A stretch of DNA of 49,383 bases from Candidatus Moraniibacteriota bacterium (GCA_037142915.1 JBAWZR010000001.1:1-49383), one strand, 5' to 3'. Counted from the stretch's first letter, positions 28,767 to 38,627 are shown. Program-made: numbers and translations. The notes: generated from the sequence alone by a model not told the origin.

Positions 28767-30125
28767 GTGATGATTTTTTCGCGCTATTTAAGAACTTTAG
28801 AACGAAGCGGAACAATGGCAGTCTTTCACGCTTTGAAACCCATTCCCGCTTTTGTGGACACGACCGCATGGCAGAACTTCTGTCAGTCAATGGATGACGA
28901 AGCTCTGCGTTCGTGGCTCGATGGGCAGGGGTTATTAGTGGAAAGTGAGGTTGAAGACGATTTGTTTCGTGATGCGATTATCGAGGAAACTTTGACGAAG
29001 CGGATGATGTCGATTCTGTACTTGGTACTGACGAAGGCATGCAATTTTCGATGTCGCCAATGCTTCCAACCCGAGCGCCATCCACAAGATCATCTTGAAC
29101 TGGCGGGGGCGGCTTCGTTAATGACCAAAGAGACGGCGATGCTTGGCATCGACGCTTTTGCGCGTCATCTCAATGAGTCTGAGGCAGACGGTTTGGAACC
29201 GCAGATTTATTTCTACGGTGGTGAGCCTTTGTTAAATTGGGATGTATTGGTGGATGCCGTTGAGTATGTCGAGTTGTTGCGTGGTCGAGAACTACCCGAG
29301 GAGATCGGCTTTGTCGTGATTACCAACGGGTCGCTCGTGGATCATGAAAAGGCGGACTTCTTCGCCCGACATAATATCGGAGTCGGGTTGTCGATAGATG
29401 GGCCGAAAGAGAAAAACGATGCTTTCCGTATTTTGGCCCATGGTCAAGGAACTTACGACAAGATTGTTTCAGTTTTGCGTATCCTCCAAGAGCATAACGT
29501 CGGCGTGACACTTTCTATCACCATCAATCCAAATATAGCTAACGACCTGCCAGGGATTATCCAGTGGGCGAAAGAAGAACTCGGTGTCGATTCTGTCAGC
29601 TTCAATATGGTTGGCGGAGGCAGTTACGCTCATACCGGTGCCGAGTTTTCTTTGGAAGCATATAACGATATGGTGGCGACTGGTTTGGTGGAAGCTTATC
29701 AATTGGCACGGAACATCGGATTACACGAAGATCGTGTTGGTAGAAAGGCGGAGGACTTCATTTACCATTCGTTCAAGGCGGTCGATTGTGGCGCAGTCAA
29801 TAATCAGTTGGTTATTCAGCCAGACGGATTGATTGCCTTCTGTCACGCTTCAACCGAGTACAATGTCGGGTCGGTGCGGGATCCCGAGTTTCGGATTTTC
29901 GGACACCCGGCCATCCAAGCATGGGAAGATGTTTTACCGATTCACAATCCGAAGTGTCAAAGTTGTCCGGCAATGTCCATTTGCGGGTACGGTTGTTTCC
30001 ATCATATGTTGGAATTGGAGCGTCCGCTCGCAGATGGAGACGACCAGTTTTGCTTACATACGAGGCGAGTCATGGACTTTCTCGTGTGGGATTTGCTGGC
30101 GCAATCGCAACAGCAGGAAGAGTAA
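28767..30125 (+). CDS. radical SAM enzyme with C-terminal SPASM-type auxiliary cluster domain
   Basis: LTKACNFRCRQCF contains the CxxxCxxC motif. The C-terminus CQSCPAMSICGYGCFH is SPASM-like. The start is GTG 28767 or ATG 28770, after GAAGGAG. Confidence 0.85.
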   Translation: MMIFSRYLRTLERSGTMAVFHALKPIPAFVDTTAWQNFCQSMDDEALRSWLDGQGLLVESEVEDDLFRDAIIEETLTKRMMSILYLVLTKACNFRCRQCFQPERHPQDHLELAGAASLMTKETAMLGIDAFARHLNESEADGLEPQIYFYGGEPLLNWDVLVDAVEYVELLRGRELPEEIGFVVITNGSLVDHEKADFFARHNIGVGLSIDGPKEKNDAFRILAHGQGTYDKIVSVLRILQEHNVGVTLSITINPNIANDLPGIIQWAKEELGVDSVSFNMVGGGSYAHTGAEFSLEAYNDMVATGLVEAYQLARNIGLHEDRVGRKAEDFIYHSFKAVDCGAVNNQLVIQPDGLIAFCHASTEYNVGSVRDPEFRIFGHPAIQAWEDVLPIHNPKCQSCPAMSICGYGCFHHMLELERPLADGDDQFCLHTRRVMDFLVWDLLAQSQQQEE

Positions 30126-30166
30126 TCGGCAACATAAGCTTCAACGAGAGCAGTGTATAATAGAGA

Positions 30167-30204
30167 CCTTGGTTTTTCGCAAGAAAGACCAGGGCTCTTT
30201 TTTT
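30167..30204 (+). terminator. strong intrinsic terminator
   Basis: 12-bp stem CCTTGGTTTTTC-GCAA-GAAAGACCAGGG (two G-U pairs, GNRA loop) followed by CTCTTTTTTT. Confidence 0.75.
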
Positions 30205-30365
30205 GAAAAATAAATTTTTCAATCCAATTATTGCAAAATAGAGAAGACAGGCAATTTGTTTTCACTTATCAACCCCGACTCATAACCGCCTCCATCCGCC
30301 AGAACAACACCTCCCATCTCTTGCCGTTCTCGAGCATTTTTGAGAGGATGAGAGGGAAGTAATCG

Positions 30366-30411
30366 GTTCGAAGTGTATCCCGTCGTCCCCGCCATTGTTA
30401 CGCGAAAGTGA
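30366..30411 (+). repeat. motif B copy 2: tRNA-3'-end-like motif
   Basis: GTTCGAAGTGTATCCCGTCGTCCCCGCCATTGTTACGCGAAAGTGA. It shares GTTCGAA...TCCC...GTCCC(C)GCCAT.GTTACGCGAAAG.GA with 22059-22104. Confidence 0.35.
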
Positions 30412-30591
30412 CATTTAGTGAAAAAACAGTTTCTCTGAAAAACAAAAACCCCTTGCGGGGAAGCTGCCCAAAAGACTTGTATCGTCTCGACTCTAGCCAA
30501 CCGATGGATGGGAACATCGAGAACAGTCTCTCAAGGACTTATGCCTATCGTTAGTATATGAGATATCGGGAAATTTAGCAAGAAAAATCAC

Positions 30592-30890
30592 AAAAAGAAG
30601 CTTTTATAAAAGAAAAAATGAAGATTAACTTTTGGGGTATCCTCTGGTAAACAAATAGTGGCTAAATAAATTCCAACCTTGTCCAAAATTTCCGGCCATT
30701 CGGAACGAGCAGTCGCGCAAGCGTCTGTTTTTGTTTTACTTCTGCAAAAATACGGTATAGAATAGGGGTAAGAGATTTTGAATTCCTCCCCACCTTTGCG
30801 AAGGCGGGGATTGAGGGGCGGTTGAGTTGCATGCGGCTCTGATACAACACCATCCCTCCAGTGGGACAAGAAAGGGCTCTTGAAAGCCAT
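30592..30890 (+). repeat. module A copy 2 (299-nt long form)
   Basis: 30592-30890 aligns with 40977-41275, with a few mismatches in the first 50 nt. It contains hairpin CAGTCGC-GCAA-GCGTCTG (30710-30727) plus a T-tract, TTTACT (30735-30740), 17-nt spacer, TAGAAT (30758-30763), and leader hairpins at 30788-30809 and 30824-30839. It ends 79 nt before ATG 30970. Confidence 0.85.
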
Positions 30891-30969
30891 TTGGTTTGGC
30901 GGGCAATGCAAACATTGTTTCAGTAGCGACACCTTATGAAAATTATGAATAGCTGAAAATAGTAACAAT

Positions 30970-32556
30970 ATGACAAATAAAAAATCAAGTTCTAGTATGA
31001 CCAAAGAGCAGGAGCGTTCAGAGCTCCATCGTGCTATCTGGCAGATTGCCAATGACTTGCGCGGGAGCGTCGATGGTTGGGATTTCAAACAGTATGTACT
31101 CGGGGTGCTTTTTTATCGCTTCATTAGTGAGAATCTGACCAATTATATCAACGCTGATGAGCGTCGCGCAGGTAAAAATGATTTTGATTACAGTGCGCTT
31201 TCCGACAAAGAAGCTGAGTTTGGCCGAACTGATACGGTCAAAGAGAAGGGTTTTTATATTCTCCCGAGCGAGCTGTTCATCAATGTCCGCAAGAATGCCC
31301 GTAATGATGCCAACCTAAACGAAACACTTACTGCCGTTTTTCGTAACATTGAAAGTTCCGCCAGAGGTACTGAAAGCGAGCCTGATCTCAAGGGTTTATT
31401 TGATGATCTTGATGTAAATTCTAATAAACTGGGAAGCACGGTAGAGAAACGAAATCAGAGACTCACGAAACTCTTTGAATCTATTGGCGACCTTCGTCTC
31501 GGTGATTACGCCGACAACACTATCGATGCTTTCGGTGATGCGTATGAGTTCTTGATGACGATGTATGCCTCCAATGCAGGGAAGTCGGGTGGTGAATTTT
31601 ATACCCCGCAGGAAGTAAGCGAGCTCTTGGCCGAGATCACCACGGTTGGCAAGACAGAAGTGAACAAAGTCTATGACCCCGCTTGCGGTTCGGGATCACT
31701 GCTTCTCAAGTTCGCCAAAGTACTCGGCAAGGAAAACGTGCGCCAAGGTTTCTACGGGCAGGAGATCAACCTCACTACCTACAACCTCTGCCGTATCAAT
31801 ATGTTTTTGCACGACATCAACTATAATAATTTCGACATCGCTCACGGTGATACACTCATAGATCCAAAGCACTGGGATGATGAACCGTTTGACGCTATCG
31901 TTTCCAATCCGCCATATTCTATCCGATGGGAGGGCGACGCTAATCCGCTTCTGATCAATGATCCGCGTTTTTCACCTGCGGGAGTGCTTGCGCCAAAGAG
32001 TAAAGCTGACCTCGCCTTTACGATGCATATGCTCTCGTGGCTCTCGACGAGCGGCACGGCGGCGATTGTTGAATTTCCCGGCGTTCTCTATCGTGGCGGT
32101 GCGGAGGGTAAAATAAGAAAGTATCTGGTAGATAACAACTACATCGATGCGGTCATCCAGCTCCCACCCGATCTCTTCTTTGGTACGACTATCGCGACCT
32201 GTGTCATCGTGATCAAAAAGAGCAAGAAGGATAATAAGACGCTCTTTATTGATGCTTCTGCTGAGTTTGTGCGAGGGGGTAACAAAAATAAATTGAGCGA
32301 GGGCAATCGTCTCAAGATTTTAGATGCATTCAGTACTCGCAAAGATGCAGAATATTTTGCCAAGCTGGTAGATAACAAGACTATTGCCGATAATGACTAC
32401 AATATCGCCGTATCCAGCTATGTTGTGGGTGAAGATACTCGCGAAGTAGTGGATATTACAGAACTCAATATAAAAATCACCAAGATTGTCGCCAGACAAA
32501 ATGAACTCCGCACGGCGATTGATGAAATTGTGGCAGATATTGAGGGGACAAAATAA
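30970..32556 (+). CDS. hsdM: Type I restriction-modification system, DNA methyltransferase subunit
   Basis: HsdM N-terminal domain (LHRAIWQIANDLRGSVDGWDFKQYVLGVLFYRFISE), SAM motif VYDPACGSGSLLL, and catalytic SNPPYS. The start could also be ATG 30997. Confidence 0.95.
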   Translation: MTNKKSSSSMTKEQERSELHRAIWQIANDLRGSVDGWDFKQYVLGVLFYRFISENLTNYINADERRAGKNDFDYSALSDKEAEFGRTDTVKEKGFYILPSELFINVRKNARNDANLNETLTAVFRNIESSARGTESEPDLKGLFDDLDVNSNKLGSTVEKRNQRLTKLFESIGDLRLGDYADNTIDAFGDAYEFLMTMYASNAGKSGGEFYTPQEVSELLAEITTVGKTEVNKVYDPACGSGSLLLKFAKVLGKENVRQGFYGQEINLTTYNLCRINMFLHDINYNNFDIAHGDTLIDPKHWDDEPFDAIVSNPPYSIRWEGDANPLLINDPRFSPAGVLAPKSKADLAFTMHMLSWLSTSGTAAIVEFPGVLYRGGAEGKIRKYLVDNNYIDAVIQLPPDLFFGTTIATCVIVIKKSKKDNKTLFIDASAEFVRGGNKNKLSEGNRLKILDAFSTRKDAEYFAKLVDNKTIADNDYNIAVSSYVVGEDTREVVDITELNIKITKIVARQNELRTAIDEIVADIEGTK

Positions 32557-32557
32557 T

Positions 32558-33802
32558 ATGACTAAACATGTAAGCAAAATTGAAAAGTTAATCACTGAGT
32601 TCTGCCCGAAAGGGGTGAAATACAGGGAGTTAGTGGAACTCGGCGATTTTTATGGTGGACTGTCTGGAAAGAGCAAGGACGATTTTAGTAATGGTAACGC
32701 AAAATTTGTTACCTACATGAATATTTTTTCTAACATCGCAGTAAACACAGACATCAACACTTTTGTAAAAATGGGCAACGAAGAAAATCAGAATAAAATT
32801 GAATACGGCGATGTGTTGTTTACAGGATCATCAGAAACGCCAAACGAGTGTGGAATGTCATCCGTTTTGACAAGGGAGACTGATGAGTCATTGTATCTGA
32901 ATAGTTTTTGTTTTGGTTTTCGCTTACATGACAAAAATTTGTTTTTGCCGGAATTTTTAAAATATTTGTTCAGGGATGAACAGATGAGAAAACAAATTGC
33001 AAAAACTGCAAGCGGAGTGACAAGATTTAATGTTTCAAAAAAACGATTTGCAAAAATGCTAATTCCTCTTCCACCGCTTGCGGTGCAGGAAGAAATTATT
33101 AAGGCACTTAATAATTTTACAGAGCTGGAAGCAGAGCTAGAAGCAGAGCTTGAAGCAAGGAAGAAGCAATATGAGTATTATCGGGAGGAGTTGCTGACGT
33201 GTGATCAGAAAATAAATAGGAAGACATTGGGAGAAGCAAGCCTTTCAACTAATAATATTAAATGGAAAGACACAAATGGAACTTATAAGTATATAGACTT
33301 AACTTCCGTGAGTCGAGGAGATCATAGTATTTATGGGGCTGTTGAAATTAATGCTAATAGTGCACCTAGTCGGGCGCAAAAAATAATACATAAGGATGAT
33401 GTAATTTTTGCAACTACACGACCAACATTACGCCGTTTTACGCTTATTGGTGATAACTTTGACGGACAAATTGCTAGTACTGGTTATTGTGTACTAAGAG
33501 CGAATAAGGATGTAGTTTTACCGAAATGGATTTATTTTAATATTGCATCGAGTGTTTTCAATGATTATGTTGAAAAAAATCAAGAAGGATCTGCATATCC
33601 ATCAATTTCTGATGCAAAAGTAAAAGCGTTTATAATTCCAGTTCCACTCATTGCCGAACAAGAACGCATTGTGAAGATTTTAGATAAATTTGATGCTCTT
33701 GTGAACGACATTTCAATCGGTTTACCGGCGGAGCTTTCGGCTCGCAGACAGCAATATGAATACTATCGGGGTAAGCTTTTAACTTTCAAGAAAATGATAT
33801 GA
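32558..33802 (+). CDS. hsdS: Type I R-M specificity subunit
   Basis: Two target-recognition halves separated by conserved helices (LPPLAVQEEIIKALN...ARKKQYEYYREELL and PLIAEQERIVKILD...ARRQQYEYYRGKLL). ATG 32558 lies 1 nt after the hsdM stop. Confidence 0.9.
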   Translation: MTKHVSKIEKLITEFCPKGVKYRELVELGDFYGGLSGKSKDDFSNGNAKFVTYMNIFSNIAVNTDINTFVKMGNEENQNKIEYGDVLFTGSSETPNECGMSSVLTRETDESLYLNSFCFGFRLHDKNLFLPEFLKYLFRDEQMRKQIAKTASGVTRFNVSKKRFAKMLIPLPPLAVQEEIIKALNNFTELEAELEAELEARKKQYEYYREELLTCDQKINRKTLGEASLSTNNIKWKDTNGTYKYIDLTSVSRGDHSIYGAVEINANSAPSRAQKIIHKDDVIFATTRPTLRRFTLIGDNFDGQIASTGYCVLRANKDVVLPKWIYFNIASSVFNDYVEKNQEGSAYPSISDAKVKAFIIPVPLIAEQERIVKILDKFDALVNDISIGLPAELSARRQQYEYYRGKLLTFKKMI

Positions 33803-34827
33803 AAAAAGAATTACAAAACCAAATAATTATTTACGAAGGTGATGATGGAGAATCTCACATAGATGTGAGGTTTGAAGGTGAGACTGTTTGGCTTACACAG
33901 GCGCAATTGGTTGAGCTTTTTCAATCCAGTAAAGCCAACATCAGTGAACATATTAAAAATATCTATACAGAGAAAGAATTAACCACGGAAGCAACTGTTC
34001 GGAATTTCCGAACAGTTCAAAAAGAGGGTGGCAGAGAGGTTTCTAGGGATATTGAACACTACAATCTTGATCTCATCATATCGCTTGGTTACAGAGTGAA
34101 ATCACATGTTGCTACAAAATTCCGTATTTGGGCAACCGCACGACTTCGTGAATATATCGTCAAAGGTTTTACTATTGATTCGGATCGTTTGAAAAATTTG
34201 GGCGGTGGGAATTATTGGAAAGAATTACTCGATGAAATTCGAGATATTCGTAGCAGTGAAAAGGTGCTGTATCGTCAGGTGCTTGATTTGTATGCAACCG
34301 CTATCGATTATGACTCTCAAGCAAACGAGTCTTTGAAATTTTTTAAAATTGTCCAAAATAAGCTCCATTTTGCGGCTCATGGACATACGGCAGCGGAAGT
34401 AATTTATTTGCGGGTTGATTCGGATAAGCCATTCGTAGGGCTTACAAATTTCAAGGGCAAGCAACCTACTCAAACCGAAGCTATGGTTGCTAAAAACTTT
34501 TTGGAATTAAGTGAGCTGAAAATTTTAAATAATCTTGTTTCGGCTTATTTTGATTTGGCTGAAATTAATGCCATGGAACAAAAACCGATGAAGATGGCGG
34601 ATTACATCCGTGAGTTGGACAATATTTTAAAATCAACAGGCAGAAAACTTTTGAGCGATGCCGGAAAAATAAGCCATGAAAAAGCAATAGAGAAAGTCGA
34701 AAAAGAATATCGCAAATACCAAGTAAAGACCTTGTCTTCAGTGGAGAAAGATTATTTGGATGCTATAAAAGTAACAGAAAAAAAGATTGTTAAAAAAGTT
34801 AAATCAAATAAGAAATATGCCAAATAA
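33799..34827 (+). CDS. rhuM: RhuM-family protein embedded in the Type I R-M operon
   Basis: IIIYEGDDGESHIDVRFEGETVWLTQAQLVELFQSSKANISEHIKNI...RNFRTVQKEG...YNLDLIISLGYRVKS matches the RhuM pattern. It overlaps hsdS (4 nt) and hsdR (11 nt). Confidence 0.8.
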   Translation: MKKELQNQIIIYEGDDGESHIDVRFEGETVWLTQAQLVELFQSSKANISEHIKNIYTEKELTTEATVRNFRTVQKEGGREVSRDIEHYNLDLIISLGYRVKSHVATKFRIWATARLREYIVKGFTIDSDRLKNLGGGNYWKELLDEIRDIRSSEKVLYRQVLDLYATAIDYDSQANESLKFFKIVQNKLHFAAHGHTAAEVIYLRVDSDKPFVGLTNFKGKQPTQTEAMVAKNFLELSELKILNNLVSAYFDLAEINAMEQKPMKMADYIRELDNILKSTGRKLLSDAGKISHEKAIEKVEKEYRKYQVKTLSSVEKDYLDAIKVTEKKIVKKVKSNKKYAK

Positions 34828-37800
34828 TAATGGATACAATTTAGTTGCAGAAAATCCGCAAAGTACTGTGGTTGCTGAATACTATAAACCTGCAGAAATG
34901 GTGCGAGATGGTTCTTCTTACCAGAGCGAGGCAGATCTGGAGCGCGCTTTTATTAAGCAACTTGAGACGCAAGCGTACGAATATCTTGCCATCATCTCTG
35001 AAGCTGATTTGGTGGCAAACCTCCGAGTGCAACTGGAGAAGCTTAATAATTTTACTTTTACCGATACCGAATGGGAGCATTTCTTTGCCAGTGAGCTCGC
35101 CAACCCAAATCAAAGCATTGCCGAAAAGACCGCCACCATTCAAGAAGATCCCATCAAAAACCTGACGCGTGAGGATGGAACGGTCAAAAATGTCTATCTC
35201 ATCAAAAAGGATAATATTCACGACAACAGTTTGCAGGTGATCAATCAATATGCCACAGAAGAAGGTCAGCGCGCCAATCGTTATGATGTGACGGTGCTGG
35301 TGAACGGCTTGCCGATGGTGCATATCGAGCTCAAACGGCGAGGCGTAGCCATTCAGGAAGCATTCAATCAGATCAACCGGTATCATCGAGAAAGTTTTTG
35401 GGCTTCGGCCGGTCTTTTCGAATATGTACAACTCTTCGTCATTTCCAACGGAACACATACAAAGTATTACAGCAACACTACGCGCAAAGAGCATATCAAG
35501 GAAACGAGTGAGGGTGCGGTGAAAAAAGGGAAGCGATCGAGTAGTAGTTTTGAGTTCACCAGCTGGTGGGCAGATGCTACCAATCGACCAATTACGGACT
35601 TGATGGATTTCGCCAAGACATTTTGTGCGAAGCATACACTTTTGAATATCTTGACTCGCTATTGCGTGTTTACTACGGATAAACAACTGTTAGTAATGCG
35701 CCCGTATCAAATCGTAGCGACGGAGCGAATATTGAGTCGCATCGAAGTCAGTACGAATTACAAGAAGCTCGGCACGGTAGAGGCGGGTGGGTATATTTGG
35801 CATACAACTGGATCAGGAAAAACATTGACCAGCTTCAAAACAGCACAACTTGTGAGTAAGTTGCCGTATATCGATAAAGTGGTTTTTGTTGTCGACCGCA
35901 AAGACTTGGACTACCAGACGATGAGGGAATATGACAAGTTCGAAAAAGGCGCGGCTAATAGCAATACGAGCACGGCGATTTTAGCCCATCAGCTGGAAAA
36001 TCCGAATGCGCGCATCATCATCACTACTATTCAGAAGCTGGATCGTTTTATTGGGCGCAATACAGGGCACAATATTTTTGACGGCCATGTCGTATTGATC
36101 TTTGATGAATGCCATCGTTCGCAGTTTGGCGATATGCACTCTGCCATTACCAAGACATTTAAGAATTATCATCTTTTTGGTTTTACCGGTACGCCGATTT
36201 TTGCCATGAATGCGTCTTCCGGAGGACGACCGGATTTGAAAACCACTGAGCAAGCGTTTGGAGAAAAACTGCACACCTACACTATCGTGAATGCCATAGC
36301 AGATAAAAATGTCCTGCCGTTTAAGGTTGATTATGTTTCTACGGTTCGTGAGGCTGAGAATATCGAAGATAAGAAAGTGAGCGATATCGATCGAGAGGCG
36401 GTGCTTGCGTCGTCGGAGCGCCTAGCAAATATTGTCAAATATATTCGTGAGCATTTCGACCAAAAGACCAAGCGGAATACTTTTTATAAATTAAAGGATC
36501 GTAGATTGGCTGGGTTTAACTCCATCTTTGCGGTTTCGTCTATTGATGTCGCCAAGAAATACTATGCTGAGTTCAGAAAACAGCTTACAGATGTGCCGAG
36601 TGACAGGCGACTCAAGGTAGCAACGATTTATAGCTTTGGGGTGAATGACGAGGATGCTGATGGAATGGTAGATGAAAACTCCGAGGATACGAGCGGGCTT
36701 GATGTGAGTTCACGGGATTTCCTAGATGGGGCTATCAAGGATTACAATGCTATGTTTGGAACATCCTACGATACTTCGTCTGATAAGTTTCAGAATTATT
36801 ACAAGGATGTCAGTCAACGAGTAAAAAATCGTGAGATCGATATCCTCATCGTGGTCAATATGTTTTTGACTGGTTTTGATGCAACAACGCTCAATACGCT
36901 CTGGGTAGATAAAAACCTGCGTTTGCACGGACTATTGCAAGCATACTCACGAACGAATCGTATTTTAAACAGCGTGAAGAGTTTTGGGAATATCGTGTGT
37001 TTTCGCAATCTGGAAAAAGCAACCAACGAATCGATCGCGCTCTTTGGCGATAAAGAAGCGGGCGGTATTGTTCTTCTTAAGTCGTATGAGGAGTATTACC
37101 ATGGATACAAAGATGGTGAAAAAGAAGTGCGCGGGTATGCGAGCTTAGTATCAGAGCTTTTGGAGAGATTCCCAGTCGGCGAACCCATTATTGGCGAACA
37201 AAACCAAAAAGACTTCATCAAGCTTTATGGAGCGATTTTGCGAGTACGCAACATCTTGGTAGCTTTTGATGAGTTTGCTGGTAATGAGATTTTATCCCCG
37301 CGTGATATTCAGGATTACCATAGTGCCTATATTGATCTCTATAACGAGTTTCGTAAAGGCAAGGAAGACGAAAAGGAGAATATCAATGACGACCTTGTTT
37401 TTGAAATGGAGCTTATCAAACAGGTCGAGATAAATATTGATTATGTGCTTGGCCTTATTAAGCAATACCACGAAGACCATATCAAGAACCGCGAGCTTCT
37501 GGTTGATATCAACAAGGCGATAGACTCAAGCGTTGAATTGCGTAATAAAAAAGATTTGATCAATCAATTCATTACTACGCTCGATGTCAATTCGATGGTG
37601 GATGAAGATTGGCAGAAGTTTGTTGAAGGGAAGAAGGTTGAAGAGCTTGAGAAAATTATTGCCAATGAGAATCTTGATCGTGATGCTACCTATACGTTTA
37701 TACGTAATGCATTCCGTGACGGGAGCGTATCAACGACTGGTACAGCTATCACTGGAGTTCTCCCGCCAGTCTCTCGATTTTCTCCAACAGGAGAACGAAC

Positions 37801-37885
37801 CAAGAAACGAGAGAGTGTATTGGATAAACTAACGAGTTTCTTCGAACGATTCTTCAGTATCTCTGGGGGTAAGTTTTCAGAATAA
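34817..37885 (+). CDS. hsdR: Type I restriction enzyme, endonuclease/helicase subunit
   Basis: N-terminal nuclease region (YDVTVLVNGLPMVHIELKRR), SF2 motifs (HTTGSGKTLTSF, LIFDECHRSQ, FGFTGTP), and a C-terminal helical domain. ATG 34817. Confidence 0.95.
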   Translation: MPNNNGYNLVAENPQSTVVAEYYKPAEMVRDGSSYQSEADLERAFIKQLETQAYEYLAIISEADLVANLRVQLEKLNNFTFTDTEWEHFFASELANPNQSIAEKTATIQEDPIKNLTREDGTVKNVYLIKKDNIHDNSLQVINQYATEEGQRANRYDVTVLVNGLPMVHIELKRRGVAIQEAFNQINRYHRESFWASAGLFEYVQLFVISNGTHTKYYSNTTRKEHIKETSEGAVKKGKRSSSSFEFTSWWADATNRPITDLMDFAKTFCAKHTLLNILTRYCVFTTDKQLLVMRPYQIVATERILSRIEVSTNYKKLGTVEAGGYIWHTTGSGKTLTSFKTAQLVSKLPYIDKVVFVVDRKDLDYQTMREYDKFEKGAANSNTSTAILAHQLENPNARIIITTIQKLDRFIGRNTGHNIFDGHVVLIFDECHRSQFGDMHSAITKTFKNYHLFGFTGTPIFAMNASSGGRPDLKTTEQAFGEKLHTYTIVNAIADKNVLPFKVDYVSTVREAENIEDKKVSDIDREAVLASSERLANIVKYIREHFDQKTKRNTFYKLKDRRLAGFNSIFAVSSIDVAKKYYAEFRKQLTDVPSDRRLKVATIYSFGVNDEDADGMVDENSEDTSGLDVSSRDFLDGAIKDYNAMFGTSYDTSSDKFQNYYKDVSQRVKNREIDILIVVNMFLTGFDATTLNTLWVDKNLRLHGLLQAYSRTNRILNSVKSFGNIVCFRNLEKATNESIALFGDKEAGGIVLLKSYEEYYHGYKDGEKEVRGYASLVSELLERFPVGEPIIGEQNQKDFIKLYGAILRVRNILVAFDEFAGNEILSPRDIQDYHSAYIDLYNEFRKGKEDEKENINDDLVFEMELIKQVEINIDYVLGLIKQYHEDHIKNRELLVDINKAIDSSVELRNKKDLINQFITTLDVNSMVDEDWQKFVEGKKVEELEKIIANENLDRDATYTFIRNAFRDGSVSTTGTAITGVLPPVSRFSPTGERTKKRESVLDKLTSFFERFFSISGGKFSE

Positions 37886-38009
37886 GCTACGAATACGTTT
37901 CTCGAGATGGAAAACCACCAAAGAAGAGCTCAATGATTTCATTCTGTCGTACGAGGACTGGGGGAGATAAATAGTGAGCGTGGGTAGGAGGGTATTTATA
38001 AGAAAAAAT

Positions 38010-38588
38010 ATGCACCGAAAACCATTTTTAGAAATTGTAGAACAGTATAGAATTACTGCCCCTTCCGATGAATATGTCGTTATTGACGAGTTGGTACAGT
38101 ACGTAGCGTCTCGAGAGGATTGTTTTGAAAGGAAACACGAAGAAGGCGCGAAACACATTGCAACATCTGTTTTGCTGGTAACGCCGGATTTTAAGAAGGC
38201 GCTCTTTTTGTGGCATAGTAAGATACAATGCTGGGCGCAACCCGGCGGACATGCAGACGGTGATTCAGATATTCATGCCGTGGCTTTGAAAGAACTTGAG
38301 GAGGAAACGGGAGTGACGGGTGCAACACTTGCATCACCTATCCCTCTTGATATCTATCGATTTGATTATGCGCCCGAGGTTTTCGGCTATCGAAAAAGTA
38401 TTTACAACCTCTTTTTCGTGGTGGTTCTTCCGACAGATCAAGAACCGAAGATTATGGAACTCGACAAGTGCGAGGCAATACGTTGGGCTACACCCGATGA
38501 AGCGTTAGAAATGATAAAAGGAATACCTCATGAGGGTACTGAAAGACTGATTCGAAAATGGCAGACTTTTGCTAAAAATAAAAAATAA
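38010..38588 (+). CDS. Nudix hydrolase
   Basis: Nudix box GGHADGDSDIHAVALKELEEETGV. ATG 38010 is preferred over GTG 37974. Confidence 0.8.
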   Translation: MHRKPFLEIVEQYRITAPSDEYVVIDELVQYVASREDCFERKHEEGAKHIATSVLLVTPDFKKALFLWHSKIQCWAQPGGHADGDSDIHAVALKELEEETGVTGATLASPIPLDIYRFDYAPEVFGYRKSIYNLFFVVVLPTDQEPKIMELDKCEAIRWATPDEALEMIKGIPHEGTERLIRKWQTFAKNKK

Positions 38589-38627
38589 AAAGAGAGGTCG
38601 GATATATCCAAACCTCTCAATAATGCT

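Noticed and set aside
30230-30420. Possible decayed or intron-containing tRNA (CTCATAA-like loop at about 30283 plus GGTTCGAA…CCCCGCCA at 30365-30393)
   Set aside because: No acceptor, D or T stems can be paired. The spacing of about 85 nt is too short for a group I intron and too long for a tRNA.
34841-35686. 281-aa minus-strand ORF, and many other antisense ORFs inside uvrA, pil genes, hsdM/hsdR and 46328-49300
   Set aside because: They lie wholly within strongly supported plus-strand genes with clear family motifs. They are shadow ORFs.
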